Assembly: GCF_009914755.1 (NCBI RefSeq)
Contig: NC_060933.1
DNA length: 64,000 bases
DNA from: the human T2T-CHM13v2.0 reference genome, Homo sapiens
Strand: one strand, 5' to 3'
How positions within the stretch are numbered: the stretch's first letter is position 1; each line of letters begins with the position of its first letter. The translations under genes and the position numbers were made by a program. Below are positions 25,672 through 40,500 of this stretch, in pieces. The notes under the pieces were generated by a model. It worked only from the letters and a program-made list of their open reading frames with translations, made no database searches and had not been told where the DNA came from.

Positions 25672-25856
25672 ATCATGATTTATCAATTCTAACGTGCCAT
25701 CAACTGTAGGAAACACTGTCAATTCATCGACAACTTTGCAGGACATACAAAAGATAGACATGACATTAAATATACACACCAATTATAAGATACATTCTAA
25801 CAGGAACACCAACATGTGAAAAAACAATGCATACATTTGAGAATCGAGAACTTGTG
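25672..25856. mobile_element. MER104/Kanga-like Tc2 DNA transposon relic
   Basis: ttatcaattctaacgtgccatcaactgtagg...aattataagatacat...atgtgaaaaaa...gagaatcgag fits the MER104 layout. Confidence 0.6.
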
Positions 25857-27009
25857 TAGTAACAATCATCTCTCTAAGAACCAGTTTGCAAACCAACTTG
25901 TGTGGCCCATTTAGCTGTGAAGGGCTTGTTGCTTTCTCATTCTCCTGTGAGTCTTGCTTTTCTGTAGACACATCCCCAGTCCTGTGGATTTCTGAAGCCC
26001 AGTTTTCCTCTCCTCCAGAAAGTAGCCACGGCCCCCATCAGCAGATGTGCATGGTTGAGCTCCCTAGGCCATCTCGCCACCGACTTTGTAAATGACCAGC
26101 TCCACAACATATTTTCTTTAGAGTTTACAGGAATAATGAAAGTGACATAGAACTGTGCAGCCAGATTCAAATGAAAGGACAAATGTAGTTGGCCAAAATG
26201 AACAATTATAGGAAACAAAGGGAAAATAACGATTAAAGATCTTTCATTACAGCCCGCTAATTATCATGAGTTCTGGACTTAACTGTTCAGGCATAGAATT
26301 AAAAACCTTAATTATATTGTCACCTTTGTCTCTCAGCTCCCATTGCCACAAATGAATCCATTTACTGTAAGTGCTGCTGATGAGCAGAAATTGATGGCAG
26401 TCCCAGCGAGGTGGGAGAGGGGGCCCAGGAGTGTGTGTGGGGGGGTATGCCAGGCAGTACTACCAGGCCCACACAGCTGGGTGGCATCTGCATTCCAGGA
26501 CATTATAAATTAGAAACACTTTTAATGAGACAAATACAGGTTTAATGGATTTTATGATTTCTTCTCCCCTTCAAACCACTAACAATGCTCCTCCTCTTTC
26601 TTTCTTTCTATTAGAGCCAGTCTCTTGTTAAGTGATTGCATTAATGGTCTTTGTAGACAGGCTGAGTGTGGGAGGACAAGAGGGACTTCCCTTGTGAGGG
26701 CATTGGAAGGCTCTTCTCTCTGAAGGAAGACAATTCTCGGCTGTTGTTCCAAATGGGAGCATTTTAAAGCCCAGTGCGATGAGTGGAAATGCGAGATCAC
26801 TTTGAGAGCTAGGGAAATTGGAAAAGAATGCAGCAGACTGGTTGGGGAGATAAAATCCTCAAAACTAGCCAGTTAGTTCTTTTGAGAGAGAGGCCAGCCA
26901 GTTCAGTGAGAGCCAGGCGTGGCTGTTGGAGAGATGGCCAGGTGGTCAATTTCTTGACTTCAGGGTGGGATGGGGTGCGGCTGGGAGTGAGGAGCCCTAG
27001 AATTATAAT

Positions 27010-27260
27010 CAAGCATAGTATTGTGGTTCTGGACACAAACTCAGGAGCCAGACTGCCTGGTCTTGAGTCCATGCTCCGTCTCTTTCTGTGTGACTCTGGG
27101 CAATCTACCTGACCTGTCTGGGCTTCCGTTTCCTCATTTGTAAGGTGGAGCTATTGATAGTACGTACCTCATAGGGTTGATATGAGGATTAAAAGAGTTA
27201 ATATGCATCAAGGATAGACAGTGCCTGGCATATTAGAAGAACTACATAAATGCTAACTAT
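27010..27260 (+). mobile_element. MIR (near full length)
   Basis: ggagccagactgcctgg...gtttcctcatttgtaa...ctcatagggttg...cagtgcctggcata. Confidence 0.8.
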
Positions 27261-29459
27261 ACCAAGTAAAAAACAGCCCTGAATTCAAATAGTCTTCCAC
27301 CTAATGGCAATGTGACCCTGGATATGTTAACCTCTTCAGGCTTTCATTTCTTCTATAAAGTGAGGGGAGCCACCCCATATACTTTAGAGGTTTACACTGG
27401 GGAATCGTGAGAAAATACGAATGTACAACTGTTGTGTACAATTACTAGATAAACTCCAGGTCTGCCTTGCGCCTGCTTAGATTTCAGTGCCAGGCAGAGA
27501 AAGGGCGGGCAAGTGGTCATAGAGAAACTTAACCTAAAATAAGCTGAAAGCCCTGTGCTAACAAACACACTCAGTGGCCATGGGTATCTTGGGTGAGGGG
27601 TTGTTTCTGGAGGCAGGGGCTGTGCCGGATGCAGAGTAGGAGCTCAGGCAATGTGGCTGCCATCACTGTGAATGCATTGAGGTCTCTGCCCATCCCTGCG
27701 TAGCTGTGGATGGAGCGCAGTCCCACCCTGGTGTTGGTGGCGTGCCTATCTCCTATCTTTGGGAGAGTCGGGAGCCAGTGTTGCCATGGTGATATGGAGG
27801 AGTTAATGGGATGGAACTTGTCACAGAGCTGATGGTGGGATGGCAGCGGTGACTGCACTGTGTTAAGATGCTAGAAACAAAAGGGTGAGCACCTTGGCCA
27901 CGCGAGATTGTGACCAAACCTAGCTCGTGGGGGTCTCAGGTTCTGCCTTCCAGAGAGCAGGAGGGAGTCTTGGCTGCTGAAGGTCTTTCCTCCCACTGTC
28001 TCTGCATCCATGGCCCCCAGTCCCACCCCTGATTCTTCAGAGAAGGGACCCGAGGAAGGACAAAGACAAAGACAGGAAAGAGATGTCAGGGAGCTGCCCT
28101 ACAGGCTGGGCAGAGGGGGAAGGGGGCACCAATTAGAGATGGGAACCAAGGGGCAGGAGAGAAAACTGTGCCCCCACCCCTCTTGCCCCAGGCCTCAAGA
28201 GAAGACCCCAGACAACTGGGTCTCCTGGGTGACCAGGGGCTTCTGTGTCCCTTCTCCTATCACTTTTGTCTCTCCAAAAACCTTGAAAGTAACAAAAGCA
28301 AGGTTTATTATCCCCATTTTCCTGACAAGCAAGCTGAGACTCAGTAAGGTGGGAGCCCTCCCCAGGGTCAGTGACAGAGTTAGGATCAGCCTTCTACCTG
28401 TAGGTCCCATGTCATTTTTCCTAAAATCCCAAGACTGGCAGGACTTTGGGGTCGGGAGTGGGTAGAGCCTCCACTGCTCTCACTCCAGGCCTTCGGGTCT
28501 TTGTTCAGAAGCCCAGGCCCTTTCTTCAGCCTTGAACTCAGCTCTCTGTGTGCCAGAAGCCAACTGGGTGAGAGCAGTTGCTCCATCAGCCTGTCCAGCT
28601 CCTCCCCAAGAACTGGGCACTGCAGAACTGACAAGGGCTTGGTGGAGAAGAGCGGGTCTGAGTATCGGGGAGGGCCAGCCTGGCCCGCTTCCTTCCCCAC
28701 CATGTGCCCCCTGTGTGACCTTGGATCAGCTTCCTACCTCTGAGCCTCAGCGTCCTCATCTGTAAAATGGGACAAACAGGACTTGCTTTTCCACCTCACA
28801 GGTTGGCTGTGGATGTTGAAACACCTAGTAAATTGGGTACAATGGCTGTGAAGAGGCACGAGCTGGGAGGCTGGTAGGTGTGGAGTTGGCCTGGTGCCAC
28901 TGTTGCTCCTGAAACCCTCAGGAGAAAGCCTGAGTTCCCAGCCTGGCCCTGCCCTCCTGAGACACTTCCCGATGCAGCACAGCCCTCATCTTGCCCTCCA
29001 CTTTACCATTTCCCAAATTCGCAAGACCAAAGACACATTTAGGTCTTTGCTCTGGTTGGTTCTCCCACCGTACCTCCCTTAGCCTGTCAGTGCTGACTTC
29101 TGCTAGAATGCTTCTCGGAGTGCAGAACCTGTGCCTCCTCTGTGACCCACTGTACGGCAGAATCATCTGCCAGGACCATTTCCCTATTTGCAGCCCCTCT
29201 CCTCCCTCAGACTAAGCATCTGAAGGACCTGGTCCAGTGAGTGTTTGCTGACAGCCCTATGAGTATGGGCTGCATGGCTGTCTTCACTGCACAGATGTGG
29301 AGACAGAGGCTCAAGTGAGGCAAGTGACTCACTGAGGTGCTCCTGTGGGCTAGACGCAGAAGTCTTCATCTCTGGCTACTGGTTCAGTGCAGTGCTGTCT
29401 CCCCTTATTCATCTGGGTCCCACACTTGAGGTCAGGTAAGTTGGTGAGAGCACACCTAT

Positions 29460-29995
29460 ATGAATCACAGTTCATTTAACTGCAGATAATAGAAGTAACT
29501 TTAGTTGTTTAAGGAAAAAAAGGGATTTAAGACAGGGGACTAGGCGCTTACAGAATCATAGAGGGGTGAGAGAAGCAGGGTCTCAGCTAGGTCTCCAAAA
29601 ATGACACCCAGAACAACACTGGAGAATTGGCCGGCCAGAAGAGCCCCCGCCTCTGCCACAATCAGGGAAGTAGGGGAATCCAGAAGCAGTCACCAGCGAG
29701 ATTCACAACAGTAAAACAATGATGCCCAGGGCGCTGCTTCTTGACCTACTGGGACTTCTGCAGATACCTCTGCACAAGCCGAAGGAGCAAAGCAGAGGCA
29801 GCGCGGCCCCTGCCTCACCTTAACATCCAAAAGCACTTACTCAAGTGCATCTGATTGGCTGGACCCAAACCACATTTTACCTGCCAGGGCATCTGAGAAA
29901 TGTACTTTTGGGTCTTCTTGACTCTATGGTACAGGACAATCCACTGGAAGGAGGGTGGAAAGAATACTGAGTGCCAAGCCACCACATCTACCATG
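29460..29995 (-). mobile_element. Very old MLT1-type LTR
   Basis: gtgcatctgattggctgga...ctgagaaatgtac...catctacca and an MLT1-like terminus. Confidence 0.45.
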
Positions 29996-30589
29996 CAGCC
30001 ATTAGGCTGATCCAGGCCAACAGTCCAGGGACCGAATCGGACCAGGAGGGTTGTTTACCCAGGGGAGAACCTGTGCTTGGCCAAAAGTTCCCGCAGTGCC
30101 ACATTTTAAGAAAAGTAGCACTGCACTTCCTGAGACTACAGATAGATTTCTATCTGTAACTGGTGAGTGACCTTGGACAGCTCCCTGCATACACACATGG
30201 ACACATTACATGCAACTTTCCGTGGGGCAAGCATGACAGACTGATGGGGAGGAGACTCTACAGCTTAATCTCTGCCTGAGTCTGTGTAATAGAATTGTTA
30301 AGGTCTCTGGGGTCGGGCCCTTGCCATCCGAATGGGTCACCGTTCTGTGAGCTTGCTTTATTCTGCTGCCATTTGCTGAAAGCCAGCAGCCAGGAGTGAT
30401 TCAGAGCACGGGCATGGACCCACACCTGACTGTTAGCTGAGCATGAGCTCTTCCTGCTCCGCCAGAGCTACTTCAAAGCTGGACCTGGCTCCCGCCTTCT
30501 GGGCTGGGTTTCCCTGTGCCCTCTGCTTGACTACGATAAGGTTACACTCAGGGAGGTGAGGTGATGAATGTGTCCCCGCCATGGGGCCA

Positions 30590-30800
30590 TAGGTGAAATC
30601 TTCTGCCACATAGGATCCATGTGACCATGGACAGCTGTTAACCCCTCTAAGCCTCAGTGCTCTCATCACTAAAGTTGCTTTCCTAACAGTGCCACCTCGA
30701 GGGTTAAAATGAGGATGAAAGGAGACACCATGCATGTCAAGTGCTCAGCACGGTGCCCAGCACTCAGTATGGGCTCAAAAACAACTGCTTTGCTGTCGTC
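30590..30800 (+). mobile_element. MIR
   Basis: ctctaagcctcagt...gagggttaaaatgag...gtgctcagcacggtgcccagcac. Confidence 0.7.
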
Positions 30801-31097
30801 ATCGACTTTGCTTCAAGCCAGTATCCCTACTGACAAGTCACGACCAGGGTCTCACCATTCCTTTGCCTCTCCTTGTGAAGGTCACTGCAGGGGCTGCCCC
30901 GGAGCCCACTGAACCCAGTTGTATTAACCATTTGGTGGCTGACAAGGAGCTGATCTTGGGTCCTGAAGAAAGGAATGGGTGAGTGAGAAAACTGGGCCAG
31001 AGCTTCTTGGCCCTGGCTGTGCATTGAAAAAATACTGATGCCAGCTCCACTGGCAGAGATCAGATGCAACTGGTCCTGGCCAGTGCCTGGGCATCAT

Positions 31098-31134
31098 GAT
31101 CTGTCTATCATCTATCTGTCTGTCTGTCTATCTA

Positions 31135-31169
<35 letters not shown>

Positions 31170-31197
31170 GTCTGCCTATCTATCAATCATCTGTCTA
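31098..31197. repeat. Compound (TCTA/TCTG)n STR
   Basis: Read directly. Confidence 0.93.
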
Positions 31198-31763
31198 GCT
31201 ACTTCCTGATGATGCTCATGGGTAACTTTGACGGAGACGCACTGAATCAGGTGCTCTGCTATGATTTGACTTGGTTAGGACAGAATAGTGATGGCCCTTA
31301 CATCTTACCAGTGTATATTCTTAGTCCTCTGAATCCTTGCAGGGTCGGAATTAAGATCCCTTCCTTATGAATGAGGAAAGTGAAGCTTGTGGGGTTTGGG
31401 TGACCCCAATTCACCAGCCTGGAAGGGCAATAAGGAGAAAGAAGAGGGTCACTTTTGTGGCCTTGTTATGTGAAAATCCCCCAGAAGAATTACTATCAAT
31501 AGAGAATCTTTCTCTAGGCCCCTGTAGCTTTGCAGAAGCTGAGGGTTTGGACTGTCTGGTGAGGGTCAGGTTGCTTGTTCTGTCTTCCTCTGATTCCAGC
31601 CAGACTTCATCTGCTGCTGGAGATGTGGAAGGGGCCCTACCATTCTTTGAGGCAGGCTTCAACTTGTCCACAGCCAGGTAAAGAGAAGCCTGGCAGGAAG
31701 AGGAAGGAATTCCTGCTTGGAACAAAATACGGGTCCTTCAAGGGGACCCATCTGTGTAGTGGC

Positions 31764-32481
31764 TTCTTTTTTATTATTATTATACTTTAAGTCCTGGGGT
31801 TCATGTGCAGAACGTGCAGTTTTGTTACATAGGTATACACATGCCATGGTGGTTTGCTGCACCCATCAACTGGTCACCCACATTAGGTATATCTCCTAAT
31901 GCTATCCCTCCACTAGTCCCCCCACCCCCCACCAGGCCCCAGTATGTGATGTTCTCCACCCTATGTCCATATGTTCTCATTGTTCAACTCCCACTTATGA
32001 GTGAGAACATGCAGTGTTTGGTTTTCTGTTCTTATGATAGTTTGCTGAGAATGATGGTTTCCAGCTTCATCTATGTCCCTGTAAAGGACATGAACTCATC
32101 CTTTTTTATGGCTGCATAGTATTCCATGGTGTATATGTGCCACATTTTCTTTATCCAGTCGATTACTGATGGACATTTGGGTTGGTTCCAAGTCTTTGCT
32201 ATTGTGAATAGTGCTGCAATAAACATACATGTGTATGTGTCTTTATAGTAGAATGATTTATAATCCTTTGGATATATATCCAGTAACGGGATTGCTGGGT
32301 CAAATGGTATTTCTAGTTCTACATCCTTGAGGAATCACCACACTGTCTTCCACAATGGTTGAACTAATTTACACTCCCACCAACAATTTAAAAGCATTCC
32401 TATTTCTCCATATCCTCTCCAGAATCTGTTGTTTCCTGACTTTTTAATCATCACCATTCTAACTGGCATGAGATGGTATCT
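31764..32481 (-). mobile_element. 5'-truncated L1PA7-like element
   Basis: ttattatactttaag...catgtgcagaacgtgcag...ggtggtttgctgcacccatcaac; 3'UTR plus ORF2 end. Confidence 0.9.
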
Positions 32482-33839
32482 TCTTGAACCCAACATGCCC
32501 TGAAAGCAGGTTGTCACAAGGGGTTGGCCGGAAGATCAGCTGCTCCATCTTCCCAGTGAGGTTTCACCTTTCACCCTATGCCTAGGGCACATTCATCATA
32601 CTGAGTGCCTCAAACATTGAAAGAGATGGGATTATAGATGGCACCAGGAGAAAAATGGAGCTCCAGCTCCTGAGTAAAATGAATTTATCTATTCCCAGAC
32701 CCAGGTCAGACAACGCTGGCTGGAGGAAGTCATTTATCTCTTTGAGAGATGATTCTAGAAATACAATCGTGGATGTGTCAATTCCATGCTTTCCGACTTA
32801 AGGGTGAGACAGGAAGAACGGAAGTGTCTTCTGCCTCTGGAAGACAGCGGGAGGCCCCATGGTGACCAACTGCGCTGCCTGACAGCGGGGTCCAGGCCTC
32901 GGGTTCTGATTACTACAGCCTTTTCTGAATTGGAGGCTGTGTTGTTCCTCTTCACTTCCTTTTGATTATCTCCGGGCAATTTTGAGAGAGCCAGGGATGA
33001 ATTAAGCAGAGCTGGTGTGCACATTATTATGGCCTCTCTCTGGGCTTAAATGGCTCTCTTGAAAATAGGCGTTTTTATTTATCCTCTCATCTCCTCTCCT
33101 TAAATTGTAGCCCAGCCCTAAAGGTGTGGATTGATTGTGCATATCCTTTGCCTTGTAATGAGCCTGTTTATCACTTCTGTGGATCTGGAAACAGGAGAGG
33201 AGATGGGGCCACTGGGGACTGCCTGCTCCCACCAACCTCTCCTGCCCACTTAGACCAAAGGCAGCTCTGCCTTCAACCCTTTAATTTTTAAAGAAGCCAC
33301 TTGCACTTCGCGTTAGGAACTGGTGGGTGCAAGGTGTATATGATGAGTAACTAGAGTTTTTGTTTATTTCCTTATGAGTAGATGGATCTTGGCCCAGGAC
33401 AGCTGCTGTGAAAGGTCCCTTTAGACGAGAGAAGCCACACCCATTCACTTACTGGACCCAGGCTGGTGGTGGAGTCATAAAAGTGGCCCTGGACCCAGAA
33501 GAGGAGGCCATGCCCAGACGCACTACCATCAGCCAGGGGCGTTGAGATTCCGTCCCAGGACAATGATCATCAGCCTGACTTCCGATTCTGATTCAGGGAG
33601 TTAATGGCAAAGCTGAGACTGGAGGCTGGGCCACTGGACCTTTCTACAAGATCCTTCCAGTCTCTCCTTGATCTTGACTTTGTTAACATTTTAACTCTTT
33701 CATAACTGTTTGCAGAGGATCAGAAAGACAGAGCCCACACTGTGTGCCTGGGCTTGTGCCCCTTGCAGATACGGGTGGTCCTGCAGGCAACATGATCTTC
33801 TCAGGGCACTTTGAGTGGACTTCGGGTCAGAGGGAACAA

Positions 33840-34050
33840 CGCTGGCTAACGGGGCTGTTACTCTGTACTGGGCCCTGGGCCAGATGCTTCATGTGCATTA
33901 ACTCACTGGATCCTCACAACAGTATCCCCACTGTGCAGATGAAAACGCCGAGGCACAGAGAGGTTATGTAATTTGCCCATGGTCACACAGCTAGTGAGTG
34001 GTGAAGCCAGGATCAAACCCAGGCAGTCTGGCGCCTCAGCCTGAGCTCTT
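33840..34050 (-). mobile_element. MIR
   Basis: gaggcacagagaggttatgtaatttgcccatggtcacacagctagtgagtgg. Confidence 0.8.
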
Positions 34051-34841
34051 CCCATCACTCCAGAGAGCCTGTGCCAGGTCTTGGGAAACAGGCAGGGAAT
34101 AGTCTGTTGATGTTTCCTGGGTGCCCTGCTGCCACTGCCCTGGCTCAGCCCACATCTCTCGCACCTGACCGCATTCCAGCCTCTCCACTGAGTACCATGG
34201 CTGTAGCGTAGCCCACCCAACCATCCGCTACTCCCGCCTGCAGGACCATGCCAACACAGAGAGCCTCCTGACACGACACTCCCGTTGTTCCTCCCCAGCC
34301 CTCTTTAATGGCTCCCAATTGTCTGATTTCTGGGTGTTCCCAACCCATCTAGTCTGATCTCCCACCACACCTTTCATGGATCCTGACAGCCAAACAAGGA
34401 TTTACCAACTTGTTCATACAACACTTTTCCCACCTTCCAGCCTTTATCCAAGCTGTTCTTCCTGCCTGGAATGCCTGTTCTCACCCGCCCATGGCTCTTT
34501 CATGACTGCTTCCCAGGCCCTGTGCTTGGCAGGTGCTCACCAACGGGATACTATGTGTCCATGTTGCTTTGTTGCAGAGGAATTTTTATTTTTTCTCTTT
34601 CTGGATCCTAAAAAGAATACAAGTTCACATTAGAAAATCTGGAAAATTGAGACAATCTCTCAGAGAAAAATTAAAGATAGCCTGAAATCCTACATCCACT
34701 GTCAATATTTTGATATATATCTTTTCAATCTTTCTTTTCATTTTTAATATTGTGAAATATTTCAAACACAGACAGAATGGAGAATAATATAACATTCTCT
34801 GGTGCATCCACCTTTTCTTTTATCAACCCAGTAGTTTTTCT

Positions 34842-35820
<979 letters not shown>

Positions 35821-36349
35821 TGAAAGCTGATTGTCCCCTGGCCCCTTCCCCATATGATAAATCACAAATACTTTTCAATGACTAAAGAATATTCTCTGAA
35901 AAAATATACAGTAGGTTAGTCAGTTAACCAGTCCCTAATTTTGGACATTTATAATTATTATAAGCAATACTGCACATCCCTGACTATTTACTAAGAATAT
36001 ATTCAGAGAAGTAGAATTACGGGGTCGAATCATATAAACATTTTGATACATTCTGCTAAATTGGCTTTTCAAATAATTTTACTCATTTCCATTTCCATAA
36101 GCAGCATATGAGAATATCAATATTGATTCATCTTAGTGAGCACTGGGTATTATCACATTTGTAACATATCGTCTCTTATGAATGAATGAAGGAATGAATG
36201 ACAAGAGCCTTTCCTGGGAGGGATAATGTCTCCTTGTGGTGCTGCTGTCACACTGCCACTCTCCTTGTGACCAGCTCAGATCCCCTGCCTGTGCGAATGT
36301 GTGTGTTGCTCAGGAGGGGAGGTGGGGAGGTGAGGATAGGGGGCTGACT

Positions 36350-36830
36350 TCCAGACTATTTCAGTGTGGCTTTTAGATCTCAGCCAATTCTGTGAAGTGA
36401 CCGTGCAGCCAAACTAATCACCCTTCCTTGGGCCAGGTTAATGTGCTCCTCTCTTGCTGCTTGGATCAATACCGTACTTACTGCAGATTAGCTAAATGAG
36501 CCAGTGCAGCTGGGAATGAGCTTCTAGAGACAATTACTATGGAAAATGCAGCCATATTTTAGTGGGCACCACATGCATGAGGCTCTTTGCAAATATCAAT
36601 ATATATTTGCTTGCTTGACAGAAATAGATCAAACCTAAGTCCGGAGATTAATCCAGATGATCAGAGTGTACATGCTTCTTGTTGTGCATAGTGTGGCGGA
36701 ACCTTGACCTTTTCCATGGTTGCTATTGTTCGGATTGTGCTGGAAGTAACCCAAAATGGGCTGGTGGTTGGCCCATGCGATTGTCTGCAAGTTTATTGCA
36801 GGTACAAATAGTAATGAGGCTGCTTATGGT
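36350..36830. promoter_or_regulatory. Candidate developmental enhancer
   Basis: Non-repeat block with FOX palindrome, TGACAG, TAATCC, SOX and NR4A sites. Confidence 0.4.
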
Positions 36831-36879
36831 GATAATCGTTTATCTCACTTGATCTTCACCACAACCTTGAAATGCTCAC

Positions 36880-37530
36880 TAAATGTTTATTTAATAAATT
36901 CATTCATTCCCTTAACAAATAATGACTGAGTAGCCTTTATGTACAGGGCCTTGTTCTAGGTGCTGGAGAAACAGTAGTGAAGAAGACAGGGCCTTTTTCA
37001 GTGGAACTTGCAGCCTGGTGGGACAAGAGTGACAATAAACAAGGAAGCCATGCGCATGGAGAAGTAATCACGCATTGAGGCAAGTGCTGCAAAGGAAGAC
37101 GGTGCCGTGTAAAGAAAATATATAGGGTGGTGGTGCTTAATTTCAATAGGGGGGTTGGAGAAGTCTTCTCCGAGGGGGTGACATTGAGGTTGAGATTTGA
37201 TGGATGAGAAGGAGCGAGCTAGGACAAGAGAAGAAGAGAGACAGTGTTCTCAGTGGAGGGACCTTCTTGTGCAGAGGGCGTGAGCTGGAACCAGACCAGC
37301 AGTTCCAAGGAACGGAGAAGCTGCCGTGCAGGGCTGGAGTGTGATGAGCAAGGCAGGAACAGCACATCATCCGGTGAGAGAAGCAGACAGCGGCCAGGCC
37401 ACACAGAGCCCTGCAGGGCACGGTAAGGACTTTGGATTTTATTTTAAGGGAGAAGGGAAGCAGTCAAAGGACTTTATACAGGGAAGGGATATGATCCAAT
37501 TTACATTTTCAAAAGGTCACTCTAGGTCCT
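36880..37530 (-). mobile_element. L2 (long fragment)
   Basis: cattcattc...ttgttctaggtgctggaga...gtgacattgaggttgagatttga...gtaaggactttggattttatt. Confidence 0.8.
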
Positions 37531-40500
37531 GGGTACGGAATGAGGAATATTCTATATCCATTTTGATAGCTAGTTCCAGAAAAATAACAATTATAAGTAG
37601 ACAGGCTGGCAAGGTGGGGGGAGCCTTGGGTAGATCCTCCGAATGGCTCTTTGGGAGGTGAGGATCTGCCACGGCTGCGGGCTCTGGTTCTGAATGTTGT
37701 CTGATTTCACAACCCATCTCACAGTTTCTCTTTCCCGTAGGAGGGCTTGTCATTGGCAGATTCTTAGCCCAGTAAAAAGGAGAGGCAGGGGATGGAGAGG
37801 AGAGAGCTGGGGATCTTTGATGTCACCCCCACGATCCCAGCCCTGGCTGTCCTGGTGTGCTGGCTTTCATCCCAAAGAACAGCACGGAGCCCCCCCTCAC
37901 TGCATGCGGGGGCCCCTCTGGCACAGTGGGGAGGTGCCCCGAAGACAGCTCCTCCTCACTCAGTCACTGGGGCGCTGGTGGCCAGGGCTCAGAGAGCAGG
38001 AGACCTGAAGATTGGGTGGCTGGTCGGCCTGGACATTTAGACTGTGCCTGGGTTCTTCCGATTGCTCCCCCACAGTCCTCCAGCCACAATCCATTTCCTG
38101 TCCTTGGGCTCAGTAACCTCCCCCTTGCTTTTCCCCCTGCAGTCTTCTTGGTTCTCACCCATACGTTCCTTACTCCTTCACACAAGCATCAGCTAAAAAA
38201 AGCCAGCAGCCTTTTGTGTACGTTTGAAAACTGGTGACCCTCCTAGGTAAAGAAGTTTGGGGTGTGGGGAATGAAAGGAGCATGATAGGAAAGATTCCCA
38301 TTCCCTTCAGTCGTTGAAAAGTGTAACATTCAGGATGTGTTTAAATGTTCAAAGAGTCAGCACTAAACAACCAGGAATAGAATGTGTATCTTCCAAACTA
38401 CTGGGGAAAGAGACCGGAGGAAGCATAACCCAACAGATGGCTGAGTGACTTCTAAGATAGAAGAGGCAGAGGGAGGAAAAGCAGGACAGAGAAGAAGTTG
38501 AATTCCCTTCCATAAACAGGTTGAACATTCTTCTCTGCCCGCAGGAAACCTGGGCTGTGTTCTTTCAGGTGGTGGGTGGAGGGGGAGGCATGGCCGGAAT
38601 CCCCAGTGCCCGTGGGTGCCAGCCAATGACTTACACATCTGCTTTCCTCAGTTTTAAGTTCCCTGGGGGCAAGGCCAGACCTAGTTCATCTGTCTATGTC
38701 CCCAGAACAGGGAGGTTCCATTGCTGGAGAAGAATAAGAGCACATGTTGTTATTACCCAACACAAGCTCTGCCCATCTTTTCGGCTAATGCCATCTTATG
38801 AAAGGGGTGAATTCAGATCCTACTCTGAAGGCAAAGAAATGGGGCAAAGTGGACCATGAAGCTCAGAGACCCACATGAATGTGAACCACGGTTGAGACCA
38901 GCAGACAGAAAGCTCTGAGTGTCTGGGGATGGGAAGCTTTCTTATTCCACTGACTTCTCTCGCCATTTCTTCTCTTTGTCTTCCTCTGCTTCCTCCTCCC
39001 TCTTTTGACTTCAGCTGGCAGAGTTGCTTGAAATGAAGCCGTTCCCTGAAAAGCACACATGAATTTCCCCTGCGGAAAATTCAAACAGACACACTTGAGG
39101 ATTTCCACTAAATTCTCTCTGGCCCCCAGAGCACTGGGGAAGCATGTGAGACCTGTGCCATCCCGGAACTGTGGCGACAATGGTAGTTAACGTCCATCAT
39201 CTGCAGGCACCTTCAGGATGTGGAGCATGCAGAGATGACTCACGCCCACACCGGTGACCTCCAACACACCAGGGAAGGCAGGAAAAGGCTGTGTGCCAGG
39301 ATCTTGTTCTGGGCTAGAAAAGTATGCCTGTTCGTTACCCGACCTTTGCTAAGTACACCAACTAATGGAGCGAGAGACATGAAAGATCTTCACAGGCCAT
39401 GTGGAAATGTAATTCAAACCCAGCCCGAGGAGGTCATAGTACGTGAGTTTAATTTTCATCCTGCCTTTCCTTACAATGCTAACCTTTGCCTTACAAAAAA
39501 AGTTGTTTAAAAAGAGATAAGTCAGTGTCTATTTGGCATTTGAAGGAGTTTTAATCTGAGCAACCCTGTTGGAAGTGTTTCCATTTCCTTAGGATTCAGT
39601 TCAGGAAACCGTGAATTGATCCTTTACATCAGAAGTAATTGTTCTGGGTTTGAAATCTATCAAGTATTGGAAATTCAAATTAAGCCATTTGTGAAGTTCT
39701 GTTTAATGAGGGTTATCAAGTCGCTTCTTAATGGCATCTGTCGGACTCCTAGCCCCCTCTGCTATTCATACAGGCCCAAGGCCTCCCATTATATGCCCCA
39801 TGATGCAGCCGGATGGGCCCCCTCTTTGATCTGGGCATCTCTGCCCTCATACGTGGTGGGCAGTCCCACCCTCCCCCACTGCTCTGGGAGCTGTTCCGTC
39901 CCAGCTCCTCCATGTCTTATCTTTCTCTTCCACTTTCTGTTTTCTCTCCTGTCCTCTCTTCCCATCATCCCATTGCTTCTGTTTTCTGTCTTCCTTCCCA
40001 GCCTCCTGCCTCTTCCTTCTTTGTCACGCATTCACCCTGTCTCTCATCAACACTAAGGCCAGCACGTGTCACCAAACTGCCTCCCATCAGAGGCCTCTGA
40101 CATTCTCCAAGTCCTCCTTCAACATGTTGCATTCTGACAGTATGAGATCCTGAATTATAAACATTTACCACCCACTATTTATTAATCGCACTTTTATCTT
40201 TTGGCCTGAAACTTTGTCTCTCACCTGCTACCAGCTGCCTCCAGAGCATGGGGGTTGGGAGCTGATGGCAAGTTCCCTGTGTCTTTTCTGCAGCCCTCTG
40301 GGTTTTACATAATGTGATTTTGTGTTCTCGCACAAAATCATGGTGCTCCAGACTGAAAAATTCTACTCATCAGGAAATCTCCCTCCCCTTAGAGCGCTAG
40401 AACTGTCTTTTTGTGGGACTTGGTCAGCCCTGAGATTTCTTACAGGAGATAAAGGGCCGAATTGGAGAGATGCTTGGAGAGAAATGGTTGACAGGGCCTG

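Noticed and set aside
25510-25971. Possible processed pseudogene
   Set aside because: Core is explained by a MER104-like transposon; no poly(A) or TSD
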